This document shows positions 12,749 to 26,580 of a DNA stretch of 64,000 bases, in pieces (positions within the stretch are counted from its first letter, which is position 1; the number at the start of each line of letters is the position of its first letter). The DNA is from Octopus vulgaris. Lineage: Eukaryota. A program made the position numbers and the translations under genes. Under the pieces are notes generated by a model. It was not told the DNA's origin. It searched no databases and saw nothing but the letters and a program-made list of their open reading frames with translations. The stretch is from contig OX597827.1 in NCBI GenBank assembly GCA_951406725.2, positions 46,872,001 through 46,936,000 on the forward strand. Direction: 5' to 3'.

Positions 12749-13397
12749 TGTTTATGAAGTGAAAACCCGTTTAGAACGTTGTTCTTCAATTTCTGGAAGT
12801 GTACGATCTTCCAAGTCAAAGACAATGAATGTTTTTCTCTAATATACTCGTAGTTCCACTGATTTTTAGGTTAACGCTTTAAAATGATCTCTAACGATCT
12901 TAATTTCGAATGAGATTGGAATTTTAATTAATTATAAAATCATAAATAATGTAGAGTTTTATTAGGGTAAAATTTCATCTGTTTTCGAATGATATTTACA
13001 AAATTAGTATTTCAATTAATATATAGATTTTTAATTAATTAACTGTAAAACCTTATATACGTTAGGGAAATTTCTGAAACTGGTTGGTGGGAAATTGATC
13101 AATTTATTATGACAGAATTCTAACGAATAACCAATTATATGATTTCGCATATGCAACAACAGTTTTTTAGATTAAATAAATTTGTATGGGTTTCGCTCAT
13201 ATAACCAAAGCAGAGCAAATATAGTTCAAAATGAGGATTGCTCCGAATTCATATGCTATAATTCTCTAAAAACATAACGATTGGTGATTGCTCTAAACAA
13301 AACAATATTGTTTCGTTCCAATATATTGAACAATAAGATATTCATGTATATAAGTATACAGTATAGAAATATATGCATTTGTGTATGTTTATGTATG

Positions 13398-13918
13398 TCA
13401 TTTTTCAGTTTTATTTCAAGATTTCTTGTCAATAGAGAAAGAGTCGATTTCTAATCTAAATACAGGGTTCTTTCATTGGAATTTCAACATCAAAAACAAG
13501 GTATTTTTGTTTGTACTTTTGTTTGTTTGTATGTATGTACGTATGTATGTACAGATTTGTATGTTTTCTGTATGTATTCTCATGCATATAGTTACATATC
13601 TAGACATACTCAAATATATTTAAATGATAAATTTCTGGTAAGTTTTATAGATTATTACAGTTCCAGTGATGGATTGGATCTGTAGTCATCCACTTAGCTT
13701 TCTCCTTTCTGGTTTTGAGAAGCCTATTTTCTCAAGATTGGTATTTTAGGAAGGGTGTTATATATCCCAGGGCCTCAATAATTACAAGTATAAGCCTGAA
13801 CTTGTAATCTGGATAGAGTAACTGCAGATTTCTCAATAGTTCAACATAGGTGTTGTGTTTTTCACTGATTTTCAACTTTATGTTAACATCCGCTGGGCAG
13901 CAAATTTCCACAACTGTG
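13398..13918 (-). mobile_element. RLE-type (R2/R4 group) non-LTR retrotransposon 3' end
   Basis: TVVEICCPADVNIKLKISEKHNTYVELLRNLQLLYPDYKFRLILVIIEALGYI...LQIQSITGTVIIYKTYQKFII* fits the restriction-like endonuclease E-xx-P..K..Y..L..PxIIGALG pattern. Stop at 13620-13622; 3' UTR ends in CATA repeats. Confidence 0.75.
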
Positions 13919-14099
13919 TACATACATACATACATACATACATACATACATACATACATACATACATACACGCATGCATACGTACAAGCCAGCATACATA
14001 CCTACATACACGCATCTATCTATCTATCTATCTATCTATCTATTCCTGCCTCCCCTCCCTCTCTATCTATCTGCACACATCCACGTACAAACGCATCCC

Positions 14100-14155
<56 letters not shown>

Positions 14156-14214
14156 GCCCACGCGAATACATATACATGCATATGTATGCATGTCTGAATG
14201 TTTATTTATTTGTT

Positions 14215-14268
<54 letters not shown>

Positions 14269-14271
14269 AGT

Positions 14272-14567
14272 GTAGGTGTATACAAAAGTGCACACACATT
14301 CATATACCAGCTTGCGCTCGAATTCAAAGAAGACTAAGACAACATCCGATTTGAATGACAAAAGATTGAACGCCACATATAATCCATTCAAGTCTACATA
14401 CACCTTAACCATGCATGAACGCCTTCTATTCCGTTTGATGTTATCTTGTAATATAATCTCAACAGTTCACTGTTGTTCACATAAAGTAATACACTTTCAG
14501 TCTTAAGCGCTGCAGATCATGTGGCCGAACTTTGATGAGACCTGCCATATTGTATATGTGCATTTGT

Positions 14568-14570
<3 letters not shown>
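14272..14570. repeat. ~300-bp local duplication, copy 1
   Basis: Aligns colinearly with 16821-17115. Confidence 0.9.
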
Positions 14571-14653
<83 letters not shown>

Positions 14654-14811
14654 GCACACACACATGTATGTATATAGATACATATATATATTACCCCCCC
14701 ATATATATATGCACACATATGCTTACATGTATATCTATATATACATATCAGGATGTAATGCAATTTTTATTAGGATTACTTTCTGACTCATCCTTGTATA
14801 TGCAGATATAC

Positions 14812-15047
14812 CAATATTCCTCGACTATCGCGAGTGTTACGTTCAAAACCTCCAGTGATAGGTGAAAATCCGCGAAGAAGAAACAGTACTGTACTGCATA
14901 ATTTTCAAAAATTATTTTTATAATTTGTATATATTTATTTTAACATAAATACGAAACAACACCATGGAGGAATTGACATAAGCTTAAATAATAAACCGCG
15001 ATAGGTGAACTACGATAAGTGAATCACTTTTTGGCGAGGGATTATTG
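14812..15047. mobile_element. Tigger/pogo-like MITE
   Basis: Degenerate TIRs caatattcctcg / cgagggattattg flanked by TA; internal repeated gataggtgaa..cgcga motifs. Confidence 0.6.
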
Positions 15048-15096
15048 TATACGTATACATATATATATATGCACACACATATATATATATACATAG

Positions 15097-15257
15097 GCAA
15101 AGGCGTGGCTGTGTGGTAAGAAACTTGCTTCCCAACCACATGGTTCCAGGTTCAGTCCCACTGCGTGGCATCTTGGGCGAGTGTCTTCTACTATCGCCTC
15201 GGGCCGACGCAAGCCTTGTGAGTGGATTTGGTTGACGGAAACTGAAAGAAGCCCGTC

Positions 15258-15308
<51 letters not shown>

Positions 15309-15540
15309 TATATATATATATATATATTTATATGTGTGTATGTATATGTTTGTGTGTCTGTGCACCATCGCTTGACAACCGATGTTGGTATGTTTACGTC
15401 TCCGTAACTTAGTGGTTCGGGAAAACAGACCAATAGAATAAGTACTAGACTTACAGAGAATAAGTTCTGGGGTCGATTAGTCGGTATTCCAACATGGCCG
15501 CAGTCAAATAATCGAAACAAATAAAAGAATAAAGAGAATA
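15097..15540 (+). mobile_element. SINE family A
   Basis: Matches 1801-2242. Confidence 0.9.
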
Positions 15541-15659
15541 TGTATATGTAGATACGCATACACACACACTCACACACATGTCTGTATGTATAAGCACATA
15601 CATAACGACTATGCATTACGATATCAGCTAATTGCACCATACAAACAGTCTGCAAGAAA

Positions 15660-15795
15660 GCCCTTATTTTCCTCAATGGCATTGCGCCATGGAGACGTGG
15701 ACATTAACCGCTGAGAATAACCAAGTTCAGCAAAATCCTAAGTTTTACGGTGTACATTAAAATGCATCCACGAATATCCGTGCAAGAAAAGCTCT
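15660..15795 (+). pseudogene. Highly degraded RTE-like RT fragment
   Basis: CAMETWTLTAE resembles YGCETWTLT; RISVQEK resembles RISWxxK. Confidence 0.4.
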
Positions 15796-16159
15796 TCGCA
15801 TGGCAAAGGTAATAAAAAAAACGGTAATAAAAGATAGAAATGATTCGGGTAATAAAAGACAGGTAATAAAAGACAGAAATGATTCGGGTTCGTAATAAAG
15901 CCATAAAAGAACGAACGATATAGTGCTGACGTTTCGGCAGTTTTAATCAAATTTCAGAGTACGTGAGAAACGATCTTAGACTTGAACTTCTTAATTTCAT
16001 GCCAACATGGAATTGCCTCTCCCAACAGAGGAGGTCATGTTGTCTGATCAAATGGATTATAGATATTCCAGCTGGTATGAGGGAACGAGTAGTTCTGAGA
16101 CGAAAAAGCGACTAAAGTAAAACCTGAGATAAATCAAAGCCGACAAAAAAAAAAAAAAA

Positions 16160-16372
16160 AAATGCTCTCAAAGAGAACCTGAACAAATTCCTCCAAGAAA
16201 TTAAAACCAACTAATCGCCGATGCCAGGATACATTTCGACAAATAACTGCCTTCTATTCGAGGGGGCTCTTATATTCCAAAACATTACTCAAAATACTAA
16301 CCCTCAGATAGGGCCACTAAGTTAGACATGGCCAGGGGCCAATAATAGCGAAGACCTGTGTAAATTATCTGT
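16160..16372 (+). mobile_element. Degraded CR1/L2-group LINE 3' end
   Basis: ALKENLNKFLQEI...PMPGYISTNN resembles the FKxxLDKFLxxIPDxPxxPGY C-terminus. Confidence 0.45.
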
Positions 16373-16446
16373 AACATAATACATGCATACGTATATACAA
16401 ACATACGTATTCATAGACATATGCACACATATACGTATGCATGTAC

Positions 16447-16509
<63 letters not shown>

Positions 16510-16569
16510 CATATATATTCACAAACATATATACATGTGTGTCTACTTACCTATCTTTCTTTCTATCTA

Positions 16570-16672
<103 letters not shown>

Positions 16673-16820
16673 GTGTGTCTGTCTGTGTGTCTGTGTGACT
16701 GACTGTCAGTTTATATACATATATATGTATCTATATGCTGACGCACATATATGCATGTTCGAATATTTACGTGTGAACATGTGTGTGTGTGTGTGTGTTT
16801 GTATGTGTGTGCGCGCGAGC

Positions 16821-17115
16821 GTAGGTTCATATAAAAGTCCGTATACATCCATATATCCGGTTGAGCTCGGATACAAAGACTAAGTCAGCATCCGATTTGA
16901 TTGACAAAAGATTGAACGCCACATATAATCCATTGAAGTCTACACACACCTTAATCATGCATGAACGCCTACTATCCCGATTGATGTTATCTTGTAATAT
17001 AATCCCAACAGTTCACTGTTGTTCACATAAGGTAACACACTTTTCGGTCTTAAGCGTTGCAGGTCGTGTGGCTGAACTTTAATGAGGCCTGCCATATTGT
17101 ACGTGTGCATTTGTA
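16821..17115. repeat. ~300-bp local duplication, copy 2
   Basis: Aligns with 14272-14570. Confidence 0.9.
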
Positions 17116-17143
17116 ACGGAAGAAATGCTACTAAGCATATATA

Positions 17144-17152
17144 ATGATGTTA

Positions 17153-17198
<46 letters not shown>

Positions 17199-17203
17199 CA
17201 ATA

Positions 17204-17275
<72 letters not shown>

Positions 17276-17320
17276 GTAATAATAATAAGGCATTATAAAA
17301 TAATAATAATATTAATAATG
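17144..17320. repeat. (GAT)n/(TAA)n microsatellite, start of a compound trinucleotide array extending to ~19920
   Basis: Seen directly. Confidence 0.97.
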
Positions 17321-17918
17321 AGGCATTATAAAATCAAAACCGCTGACAAATGGTATAAACACCATCGTGAAGCTGTGACTGAGGGAGAAAACGTGTCGAT
17401 TCTATGGGACTTCCCCGTACATACCGACAAAACTATAAAAGCTAATAAACCAGATATTATTATAAAAGATCAGACAAAAAGAATGTGTTTATTAATTGAC
17501 ATGAGTATTTCTTGCCCTCACAATATAGCGGCGAAAGAATTTGACAAGATCAGTAAATATAAAGACTTGCTAATAGAAATTGAAAAAAATGTGGCATTTC
17601 AAGGCGACTACAGTACCAGTGATTGCAGGATCTCTAAGAATGATAAAAAAAAGGTACTGAAACCTATTTGAAAATGATACCAGGCTTACCATCCCTACAA
17701 GAAGTGCAAAAAGTCGTGTTAACTGGAACGACCCATGTACTGAGAAGAGCATTATCGCTGTGAAACAACATCCCTTCATGAATTTATTTATTTATTAATT
17801 TTTTAGGTACATATTTTATCTGTGAATTTGCGTGTGTAATCTGAGAATGCATATAATGAGCTTCTCTGCCCTAGGTGTACGAAAAACACTCGGCAAGAAA
17901 CGGAACAAAATGTGAAGA
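17321..17918 (+). mobile_element. Dong/R4-clade non-LTR retrotransposon 3' fragment (RLE domain and 3' UTR) in (TAA)n
   Basis: KWYKH..ILWDFPVHTDKTIKANKPDIIIKD..CLLIDMS..KISKYKDLLIEIEK(fs)MWHFKATTVPVIAGSL..(fs)..LQEVQKVVLTGTTHVLRRALSL* with stop at 17761-17763; PD-(D/E)xK RLE motif; both flanks are TAA repeats. Confidence 0.9.
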
Positions 17919-18038
17919 AATAATAATAATAATAATAATAATAACAACAACAAAAATGACAACAGCAACACGAAGAAGAACAAGAACAAGAACAAGAACA
18001 ACAACAACAACAACAACGACGACGACAACAACAACAGC

Positions 18039-18146
<108 letters not shown>

Positions 18147-18152
18147 TATAAT

Positions 18153-18706
18153 GCCCTGATGCAGTACCAGGCAGTGGCTCTCATGGCTTCTGATCTTAAC
18201 TGATTGGAAGTGTTATCATGTACATTGTTTTGTCTTGGTATAAAAGATGGGCTACAGCAAATTTTCTGCTCAATACCACAGATTTGCTTGTCAGTTGTTT
18301 GACCTTAACCAGTTGAGCATGTCCCTTAGTGGCTGACGATATGTGCATCTCTGATCACGAGCAGAAGTAGTGGGGGAGCATCATAGCCACGTGTTGAGAG
18401 GGATTCTTTGGGGTTTGAATAATTCACCTCTGGAAACATGGGTGGTTCTTTCAACATCCTTAAACAATCTTTATTCAGGGACCTTTTGAGCGGGATGGGC
18501 TACTCAACCTGAAGAAAATTCTAACTGGGTCCCACCTGCAAGGTCATGTGCTGTTTATCTTGATATGAGATCACCATGTCGCGCACATATGGTTGTGATG
18601 CATGTGTCTGGTGTACCTTTATCAGACGGGTAGTCATGAGGGGTATATTGGGCTTCGTATATTTTACCCCAGTGTCACTTTGATGGCATGCATTGCTCTC
18701 TCACTC
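18153..18706 (+). mobile_element. 554-bp non-coding element inserted in (TAA)n, copy 1
   Basis: Same ends (gccctgatgcagtacc...ctctctcactc|aataat) and length as 19339-19892; strand inferred from the TAA orientation. Confidence 0.85.
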
Positions 18707-18730
18707 AATAATAATAATAATAATAATAAT

Positions 18731-19006
18731 AGGAAGAATTTGGTGCATGAGAACAGTAAAGGTAGTGCCTATAATAATTAGTGTTGGGGGACAGTAAGCC
18801 AAGATATAGACAAATGGCAAAATGAAATTGAAATAGAATGCCTGGTAGAGCTTCTATAGAAAGTTTGGCTCTTAGGTACACGAAGGATTACCAGGAAGGT
18901 TCTAAGAACTTGAAAGACTGCCGAAAACTTGTGGATGCCTAAGTATACAGGTAAGTAACATGCAACCTACATAAATCCTACAAGGAATCAGAATAAGCTT
19001 TGTTTC
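18731..19006 (+). mobile_element. Second Dong/R4 family 3' end
   Basis: GRIWCMRTVKVVPIIISV(fs)GTVSQDIDKW..IEIECLVELL*KVWLLGT..RKVLRT*; its 3' UTR differs from the 17321 copy; TAA flanks. Confidence 0.75.
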
Positions 19007-19048
<42 letters not shown>

Positions 19049-19053
19049 AATAC

Positions 19054-19170
<117 letters not shown>

Positions 19171-19173
19171 TAA

Positions 19174-19229
<56 letters not shown>

Positions 19230-19277
19230 AATAATGATAATAACAACAACAACAACAACAACAACAATAATAATAAC

Positions 19278-19338
<61 letters not shown>

Positions 19339-19892
19339 GCCCTGATGCAGTACCAGGCAGTGGCTCTCCTGGTTTCTAATCTTAACTGATTGGAAGTTTT
19401 ATCATGTACATTGTTTTGTCTTGTTATAAAAGATGGGTTACAACAAATATTGTGCTCTATACCACAGATTTGCTTGTCAGTTGCTTGACTCTAACCAGTT
19501 GAGTATGTCCCTTAGTGGCTGACGATATGTGCATCTCTGAACACGAGCAGAAGTAGTGGGGGGAGAATCATAGCCATATGTTGAGAGAGATTCTTTGGGG
19601 TTTGAATAATTCACCTCTCGAAACATGGACGTTTCGTTCAACATCATTAAACAACCCTTATTCAGGGACATCCTGAGCGGGATGGTTTACTCGACCAGAA
19701 GAAATTCTCACTGGGCATCACCTGCAAGGTCATGTGCTGTTTGTCTTGATATGAGATCACTATAACGCGCACATATGGCTGTGATGCATGTGCCTAGTGT
19801 ATCCTTATTAGATGGGTAGTCATGATGGGTATACTGGGCTTCGAATATTTTACCCCAGTGTCACTTTGATGGCATGCACCACTCTCTCACTC
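19339..19892 (+). mobile_element. 554-bp non-coding element inserted in (TAA)n, copy 2
   Basis: Colinear diverged copy of 18153-18706. Confidence 0.85.
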
Positions 19893-19923
19893 AATAATAA
19901 TAATAATAATAATAATAATAGTA

Positions 19924-20300
19924 AACAACACCCAAAACTATCGACCAATAAACATGTATTTCAACCATGCATAAAATACTAACATCCATCATTATTGAAT
20001 ACACATATACCAATCTGATGGATAAAAGTTATTCCCCAACAAAGTAAAATACTGTAAGCTGGAACATGGTGTGTATGGATGTAAAGACCAACTTTTAATC
20101 GATAAAATGGGTTTTTGCGAACAGCTTTAAATGACACAAAAATATTCCTTTACAAAAAACAAAAACAAAAACAAAACAAACAAAACAAAAATCGTTCAAG
20201 GGTCTTCCTTGAAACTTGGATTTAGAAATACTTGAAAACCCTTAAAATCGCCTTGGTTATTGGTAATTTTCTTTACAATAGTATGAACCTCTGGGCAATT
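19924..20300 (+). pseudogene. Degraded Dong/R4 reverse transcriptase fragment
   Basis: NYRPI(fs)CISTMHKILTSII...YGCKDQLLIDKM, typical R4 RT N-terminal motifs; multiple frameshifts. Confidence 0.75.
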
Positions 20301-20856
20301 CGCCATCTTTGATAAACATTTCAACCATAAACGCACTTCCTACCCCACCCCGCAAATCATGATGGTAACTTAAAATACGATAAAGCATTAATTAAATGAA
20401 GACGCCATTACCACCCGTCTAACTTCACTAGCACTACATCAATGACCATAAAAAAAAAAGAAATGGAAGGTTGTTTTTTTCAGTCGCATCCTGTACTTGT
20501 GAGAAATATTTTAAGTCATTCTTTGAACTAAAGAAAGTCAATTTCTTTGAACTGAAAAAATTCCTCAAATGCACTGAAAAAGTCTAAGTCTTTCGTGATC
20601 ATTTCTAAAAAAAAAAAAAAAAAAAAAAGAATAGAAAGTACAATTCTGTAGAAAGGAAACCGTATTCGTTGTCAGCCAAAGATTTTTTCAATTGATTGAA
20701 AGGGACAGTTAACGAGGACTTTCAGTCAGATAATTACGTCGTTATTATATAAAAATGCGCAGTTTAATTTTATTAATTAATTTAATTATTCAACATATGA
20801 TTATTGCATTGTAATAATATCTCTCTGTGTCTATCTATCTGTCTGACTGTCTACCG

Positions 20857-20928
<72 letters not shown>

Positions 20929-21006
20929 CTCTATCTATCTCTCTATCTCTCTCTCCTCTCCCCCTCTCTCTCGCTATCTATCTGTCTGTCTGTCTGTCTG
21001 TCTGTC

Positions 21007-21064
<58 letters not shown>

Positions 21065-22306
21065 AATTAGCGGTATATGCAATGTCGCCATAACAGATAA
21101 GTAGAGATTGTTCAAACGATCGAATTATTTTCTATGTGGCCCCTCGACGAACTAGAAATAATAACCACATTTCCCTCAAACCCAAGCCTGCTCTCTTCTA
21201 AAAGAACAGAACACATTAGAAAATGTAGTCCTACGAACGAGTAAAATGACGACGGGGTGGTTGTATAATAATTTTAATAATAGGTCTGTTATTGGAGATT
21301 TAACTGAGGACTACATAGTAAGAAGAACAATAATAGCAGCAACAGCAGTAGCAGCAGCAGCAGCAGCAGTAATAACGAAAGCGATAATGAGACTTCAGCA
21401 TTTGTAATGACGTTTAGTTGTTGATTGCTGATTAGAATTGCTTCGAGATTGTGCTTTCGTTTGTTTGCAATGCGTGTCTGTGTTTTGGTAATGAGGCACA
21501 AGAATCGATTGTCAAGTCTCCTAATTCGACTTTTGTATATATTTGAATAGGATCGACAATCAGTCAGTCACTAAAAGTAATATGTAATCGACTCTTTCTG
21601 GACAAACGCAGAACACATTCGCAGTTTTATTGGATAAAATAAAATAGAATAAAATAAAATGGAAGAAAACTGCGAATAGCATCAATTCATGCGTTAAGTT
21701 ATAAATTTCTGTCGAAATAATGCATTCCTGTCAGTGTACATATGACATATAGGTTAGTTTCCGGTCAACATTTGAACTTCCTGCAATTTTCAGAAACGAG
21801 AGCTCTTTAACATCTATTAGACGGGTGAGATCACCGGAGGACAGAGAGTTATTCATTTTAGTAGACTAAATAGGTATGCGATAAGGCAATGTTCATTCAT
21901 GCACATTCGATCGATGGCTATTGTCTACATAACCGTACTGGAAATTGATTGTAAGTTGTGTCATTTGACGACAAAAACAAAACAAAAAAAAAAAATAAGA
22001 AAAGAAAAATAAAGAAAAGCAAAATAAAAACAAACTAACATATACAACACTTGCAAAATGTTAATAGCTTTTTCGTCCACTCGGTTGCTTCTGTTGTAAG
22101 AGAAGAGGCATTACTATAAAAACTAATGACAGTTTTCGTTTCATTGAAGTGATTGTTGGTCTCGACTTCTCCTGTATATATCTTGCAACGGACCCAAGCT
22201 GGGTTAATAATCACCCTATCGATTATTTAGTTCTGATCACTAAATAGATATTTGACGACGAAAATTTGGCTAACGCACGTTCGCTCACTATTGTATTCTA
22301 AATACA

Positions 22307-22399
22307 TTCTTCTTCTTCTTCTTCTTCTTCTTCTTTCTTCTTCTTCTTCTTCTTCTTCTTCTTCTTCTTCTTCTTCTTCTTCTTCTTCTTCTGCTTCTT
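22307..22399. repeat. (TTC)n microsatellite
   Basis: Seen directly. Confidence 0.95.
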
Positions 22400-22986
22400 A
22401 ACGCCACCCACATTCTCTGAAACGAGTGGTCATCCCGATAATCCGCCTCATAGTTAATGCGACCAGTTCTTCTTTATGATTGTACGATGGTATGATCTGA
22501 CAGAAATTTAGCTCTTATTTCTAACAGATTTGAGCGACTTCATAGAAACTCCCTCATTTTGTGCATACAATCTCTGTTTATCTGTTATGGCATAATCTCT
22601 CTCTCTATATATATATCACCCACATACATATAACTGACAAAACTACGTAAACAAAATGGCACCTGCGTGAGGAAGGTTAAGGATCTGAGAAACGTGGTAC
22701 CGTTTGTATTAAGGAAGAAAGCAAGATGTAAAAAAAAAATTAAGCAGGCCGTCAATGTACTGGACGAGGCGACGATTTGAGGGACTTGTCTATAACATAA
22801 AAGTATCGAGTCTTTAGATGCAATGCACTTTTACAGAGTTCAACGAATTTCAGCACTTCATTGGTACTTAATTTATGAACCTCAGAAAAATGAAAGGAAA
22901 CGTTAACCGCGGCAGGATTCGAACACAGGACACGGAGAAACGAAACACCACTCTCTCATCGTTACCAACCATTACCCTACACATTT

Positions 22987-23222
22987 TCTTATTTCTTTAT
23001 TGCCCACAAGGGGCTAAACATAGAGGGGACAAACAAGGACACATAAATGGATTAAGTCGATTACATCGACCCCAGGGTGTAACTGGTACTTAATTTATCT
23101 ACCTCGAAAGGATGAAAGGCAAAGTCGACCTCGGCGGAATTTGAACTCAGAACGTAAAGACAGACGAAATACTGCTAATGATTTCGCCCGGCGTGCTAGC
23201 GTTTCTGCCAGTTCGTCGCCTT
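22987..23222 (-). mobile_element. SINE family B
   Basis: Matches 7302-7535. Confidence 0.9.
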
Positions 23223-23699
23223 ACTCATTTTCTGTAACAGTACTATATAAGTAATGAACGTGTCACTCAACAGAATTGTAGATCTTAGGTAGACCTGTGA
23301 AAAGTGGGTAGCTTTCTGTAATAATAACTTGAATCATTATTTCGATTTTGAATCTAGTTAGGGGCAAGGTAATTGATAATCGAAAAAAATCGAAAAATGT
23401 AAAATATGCAAATTAAGGTCTAACAGTATGGCAATTCCTTAATTGCTTATTGCCATATATATCAGCTGAAATTCAATGTTGACGTTTGGGAAAGGAGATT
23501 GGGTATGTTTTCCCTGACGAGCGACGAAGAACTTGTAAAACGGTCCTGCAGGAAATACTCCTCTTTTTCCTACTCATTAAAAGCGTATAATTTTACAACC
23601 TACAGGCAGAAATATATACGTCACCAAAATGACAAAATGCATATATTTCCGCCTTTAGGTTGTAAAATTACGGATTAGCCACCCATATGATATGATATG

Positions 23700-23733
<34 letters not shown>

Positions 23734-23734
<1 letters not shown>

Positions 23735-23951
23735 TTCTGTAGTGTCTGTGGAAAGTCATTTTATTTTTGTGCCTTATAATTTAACACACTCACCGGTAAA
23801 ATTTTTCAGTAGTTTTGACTATTGAAGAGTTTGCAAGAGGCAACGAAAATTTTAGGAAAATAAAAATAAGAAATAAATGGAAATTTTACCGGTGAGTGCG
23901 TTAAATTATAAGGCACAACAATAAAATGACTCTCCACAGACACAACAGAAT
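23734..23951. repeat. ~71-bp inverted repeat (23734-23804 / 23881-23951) enclosing a degenerate hammerhead-like motif
   Basis: Arms are near reverse complements; the spacer has tTGAAGA-gtttgc-aagag-gcaac-GAAA; a single-arm relative lies at ~38180-38305. Confidence 0.8.
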
Positions 23952-24005
23952 ATGCCTCAACACACGAACTCACCTAAAGAATCATGCAACCCAAATCCCA
24001 AAGCG

Positions 24006-24088
<83 letters not shown>

Positions 24089-24244
24089 AGTGTGTGTATA
24101 AATATATATATATATAAATATATATACGCATACATATGTAGCTTTTAATCAGCAAAAGCTAGAGTGACTCCTAGGCTAAGAGTTCCGTGCATGTACGTAT
24201 ATACTTGTGCGAGGGTGTGTTTGCATGTATATAGGTATGTATGT

Positions 24245-24303
<59 letters not shown>

Positions 24304-24305
<2 letters not shown>

Positions 24306-24423
24306 CACGTGATCACGTGACCGACCAGTCCATCAGATGTAGTTACACATCGCTGGTCACAATGCGCTTAGCATTGTTTTAGCCTTCGAATGACGCTACC
24401 CCGCTGGCTAAGCAAGCAGGCCA
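24304..24423 (-). mobile_element. ~120-bp structured mini-repeat in (TA)n, copy 1
   Basis: Same ends as 49180-49301; orientation inferred from a short tandem tail. Confidence 0.7.
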
Positions 24424-24793
24424 ATATATATATATATATATATACACATGCATATATATAGATACATATGTATATACATACATATATATATATCAATATA
24501 TATATACACACATATAAATATACATATATATATATGTACACACACATACACACACACACGTTTGCTAAGTACGGCTTATATGTATCCTTTATCTGTGGCG
24601 AAGTCATTAAGCAGAGTTTCTGCATTATAAGAGAAACAACGCAATTCTCTGCTTGATTACATTTTCATCATAACGACAACGAATCGGTGGGAATGAATCT
24701 CTCTCTTCGTATCTATTTACATAGTTGTATTAATGTCAGCAGTTGTACTTTTGTTTGTGTGTGTCTGTGTCTCTCTGTATTATGTATATATGC

Positions 24794-24794
<1 letters not shown>

Positions 24795-24892
<98 letters not shown>

Positions 24893-24893
24893 A

Positions 24894-24985
<92 letters not shown>

Positions 24986-25023
24986 CATCTATATATCTTC
25001 CTATCTATGTATATCTATCTATG

Positions 25024-25121
<98 letters not shown>
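24795..25121. repeat. (TATC)n microsatellite
   Basis: Seen directly. Confidence 0.97.
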
Positions 25122-25122
<1 letters not shown>

Positions 25123-25433
25123 ATATTTACATACAAATATATATGCATGAATATATATGTACGTGTATATATACAAGTGTGTTTGCGCATTAGTTTACAC
25201 ATGTGTTTTCTCGTGTGCCTAAATTTTGATATAGGTGAATGAAATTGTGTACGCATGTGTGTGTATATATATATGTCGTTAAATGCTCTAAATGTGGCGT
25301 AGATGAACATTCGACAACTGATGAAGGGTCATTCTTGTCTTGTATTCCACTCAAGTTTGTCTTTGTATCTCATGTTGTTTTCGTGTTTCGTATTTCATGT
25401 TATTTCCGTCTTGTGACGTCCTATACCTATATA

Positions 25434-25489
<56 letters not shown>

Positions 25490-25870
25490 AGAGACAAACA
25501 CTTTCCTCTCTGGTCAATCTTTCATCAACTTGAGCCTAGTCCTATGAAAAATTTTCTCCAAAATTAAACGTTTGAAAAAGAAGCAGAGAGGAAATAAATT
25601 TTTATAATTTTTTTTATAGTAATGACGATGGATGACGAGAAAACATTATACTATTAATGTTGTTTCTGAAAGGAGAAAGAAAAGAAAAATGTTTTGTAAT
25701 GAAATTTCAATGAATGGACCACATCAAATTGAAAAGAAACATCTCTCTTTCTCTCTCTATCTAATCTTTCCTCAAACCTCTCTCTCTTTCTTTCTATTTC
25801 CCCACTATATATATATACGTTTACCTGTATATATATATATATATATATATATGCATGTTTATCTGTATAA

Positions 25871-25909
<39 letters not shown>

Positions 25910-26017
25910 TGTGCATGTGTGTGTATATGTATATATATATATGTGTGTGTGTGTATATGTATATATAAATATATTTTTTTCCTCCGTCTTCCCTTCTTTG
26001 GATCTTTCATTTTCCTA

Positions 26018-26052
26018 TGTTTCTGATGAGAGCTCCGCTCGAAACGTTAAAC
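26018..26052 (+). ncRNA. Minimal type I hammerhead ribozyme motif (Penelope type)
   Basis: gttt-CTGATGA-gagc-tcc-gctc-GAAA-cgtt-aaac: intact core, stem II, palindromic aacgtt stem III, stem I gttt/aaac. Confidence 0.75.
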
Positions 26053-26143
26053 CATCCTTCTTTCCTGAGAGTCCAATAATCATATATTTGTTTCACGTCC
26101 TCGCGTTGTTGTGTTTTCTCTTTGTGATTTCATGTTTGGATTA

Positions 26144-26185
<42 letters not shown>

Positions 26186-26289
26186 GTGTGTGTGTGTATG
26201 TATACATATATATATGCAAGTATATAAATATATATATATATATATACACATACATATATCTGCATAAATGTATATATATGCGTATATAC

Positions 26290-26357
<68 letters not shown>

Positions 26358-26543
26358 TTTATGTGTGTAAATGTATATATATATATATACGTTTATCTGT
26401 ATAAATTCATATATGTATATCTATCTATCTATCTATCTATCTCTCTATCTATCTATCTATCTATCTATCTATTTATCTATCTATCTGTATGTCTGCCTGT
26501 TTCTTTCTCTCTTTTTCTCTCCCTCCCCTTCTCTCTTTCTCTC

Positions 26544-26580
<37 letters not shown>

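Noticed and set aside
17144-17671. 175-aa ORF as an intact gene
   Set aside because: The N-terminus is ATG/ATA microsatellite and the rest is a frameshifted Dong RLE fragment.
21300-21425. (CAG/AGC)n as a poly-Q or poly-S coding exon
   Set aside because: Short frames with no splice or homology support.
25310-25425. ctgatgaagg motifs here and at ~36477 and ~40720, and ctgaaga motifs on the minus strand at ~30605-30631 and ~53790-53823, as hammerheads
   Set aside because: No properly placed intact GAAA and stem set; at most decayed relics.
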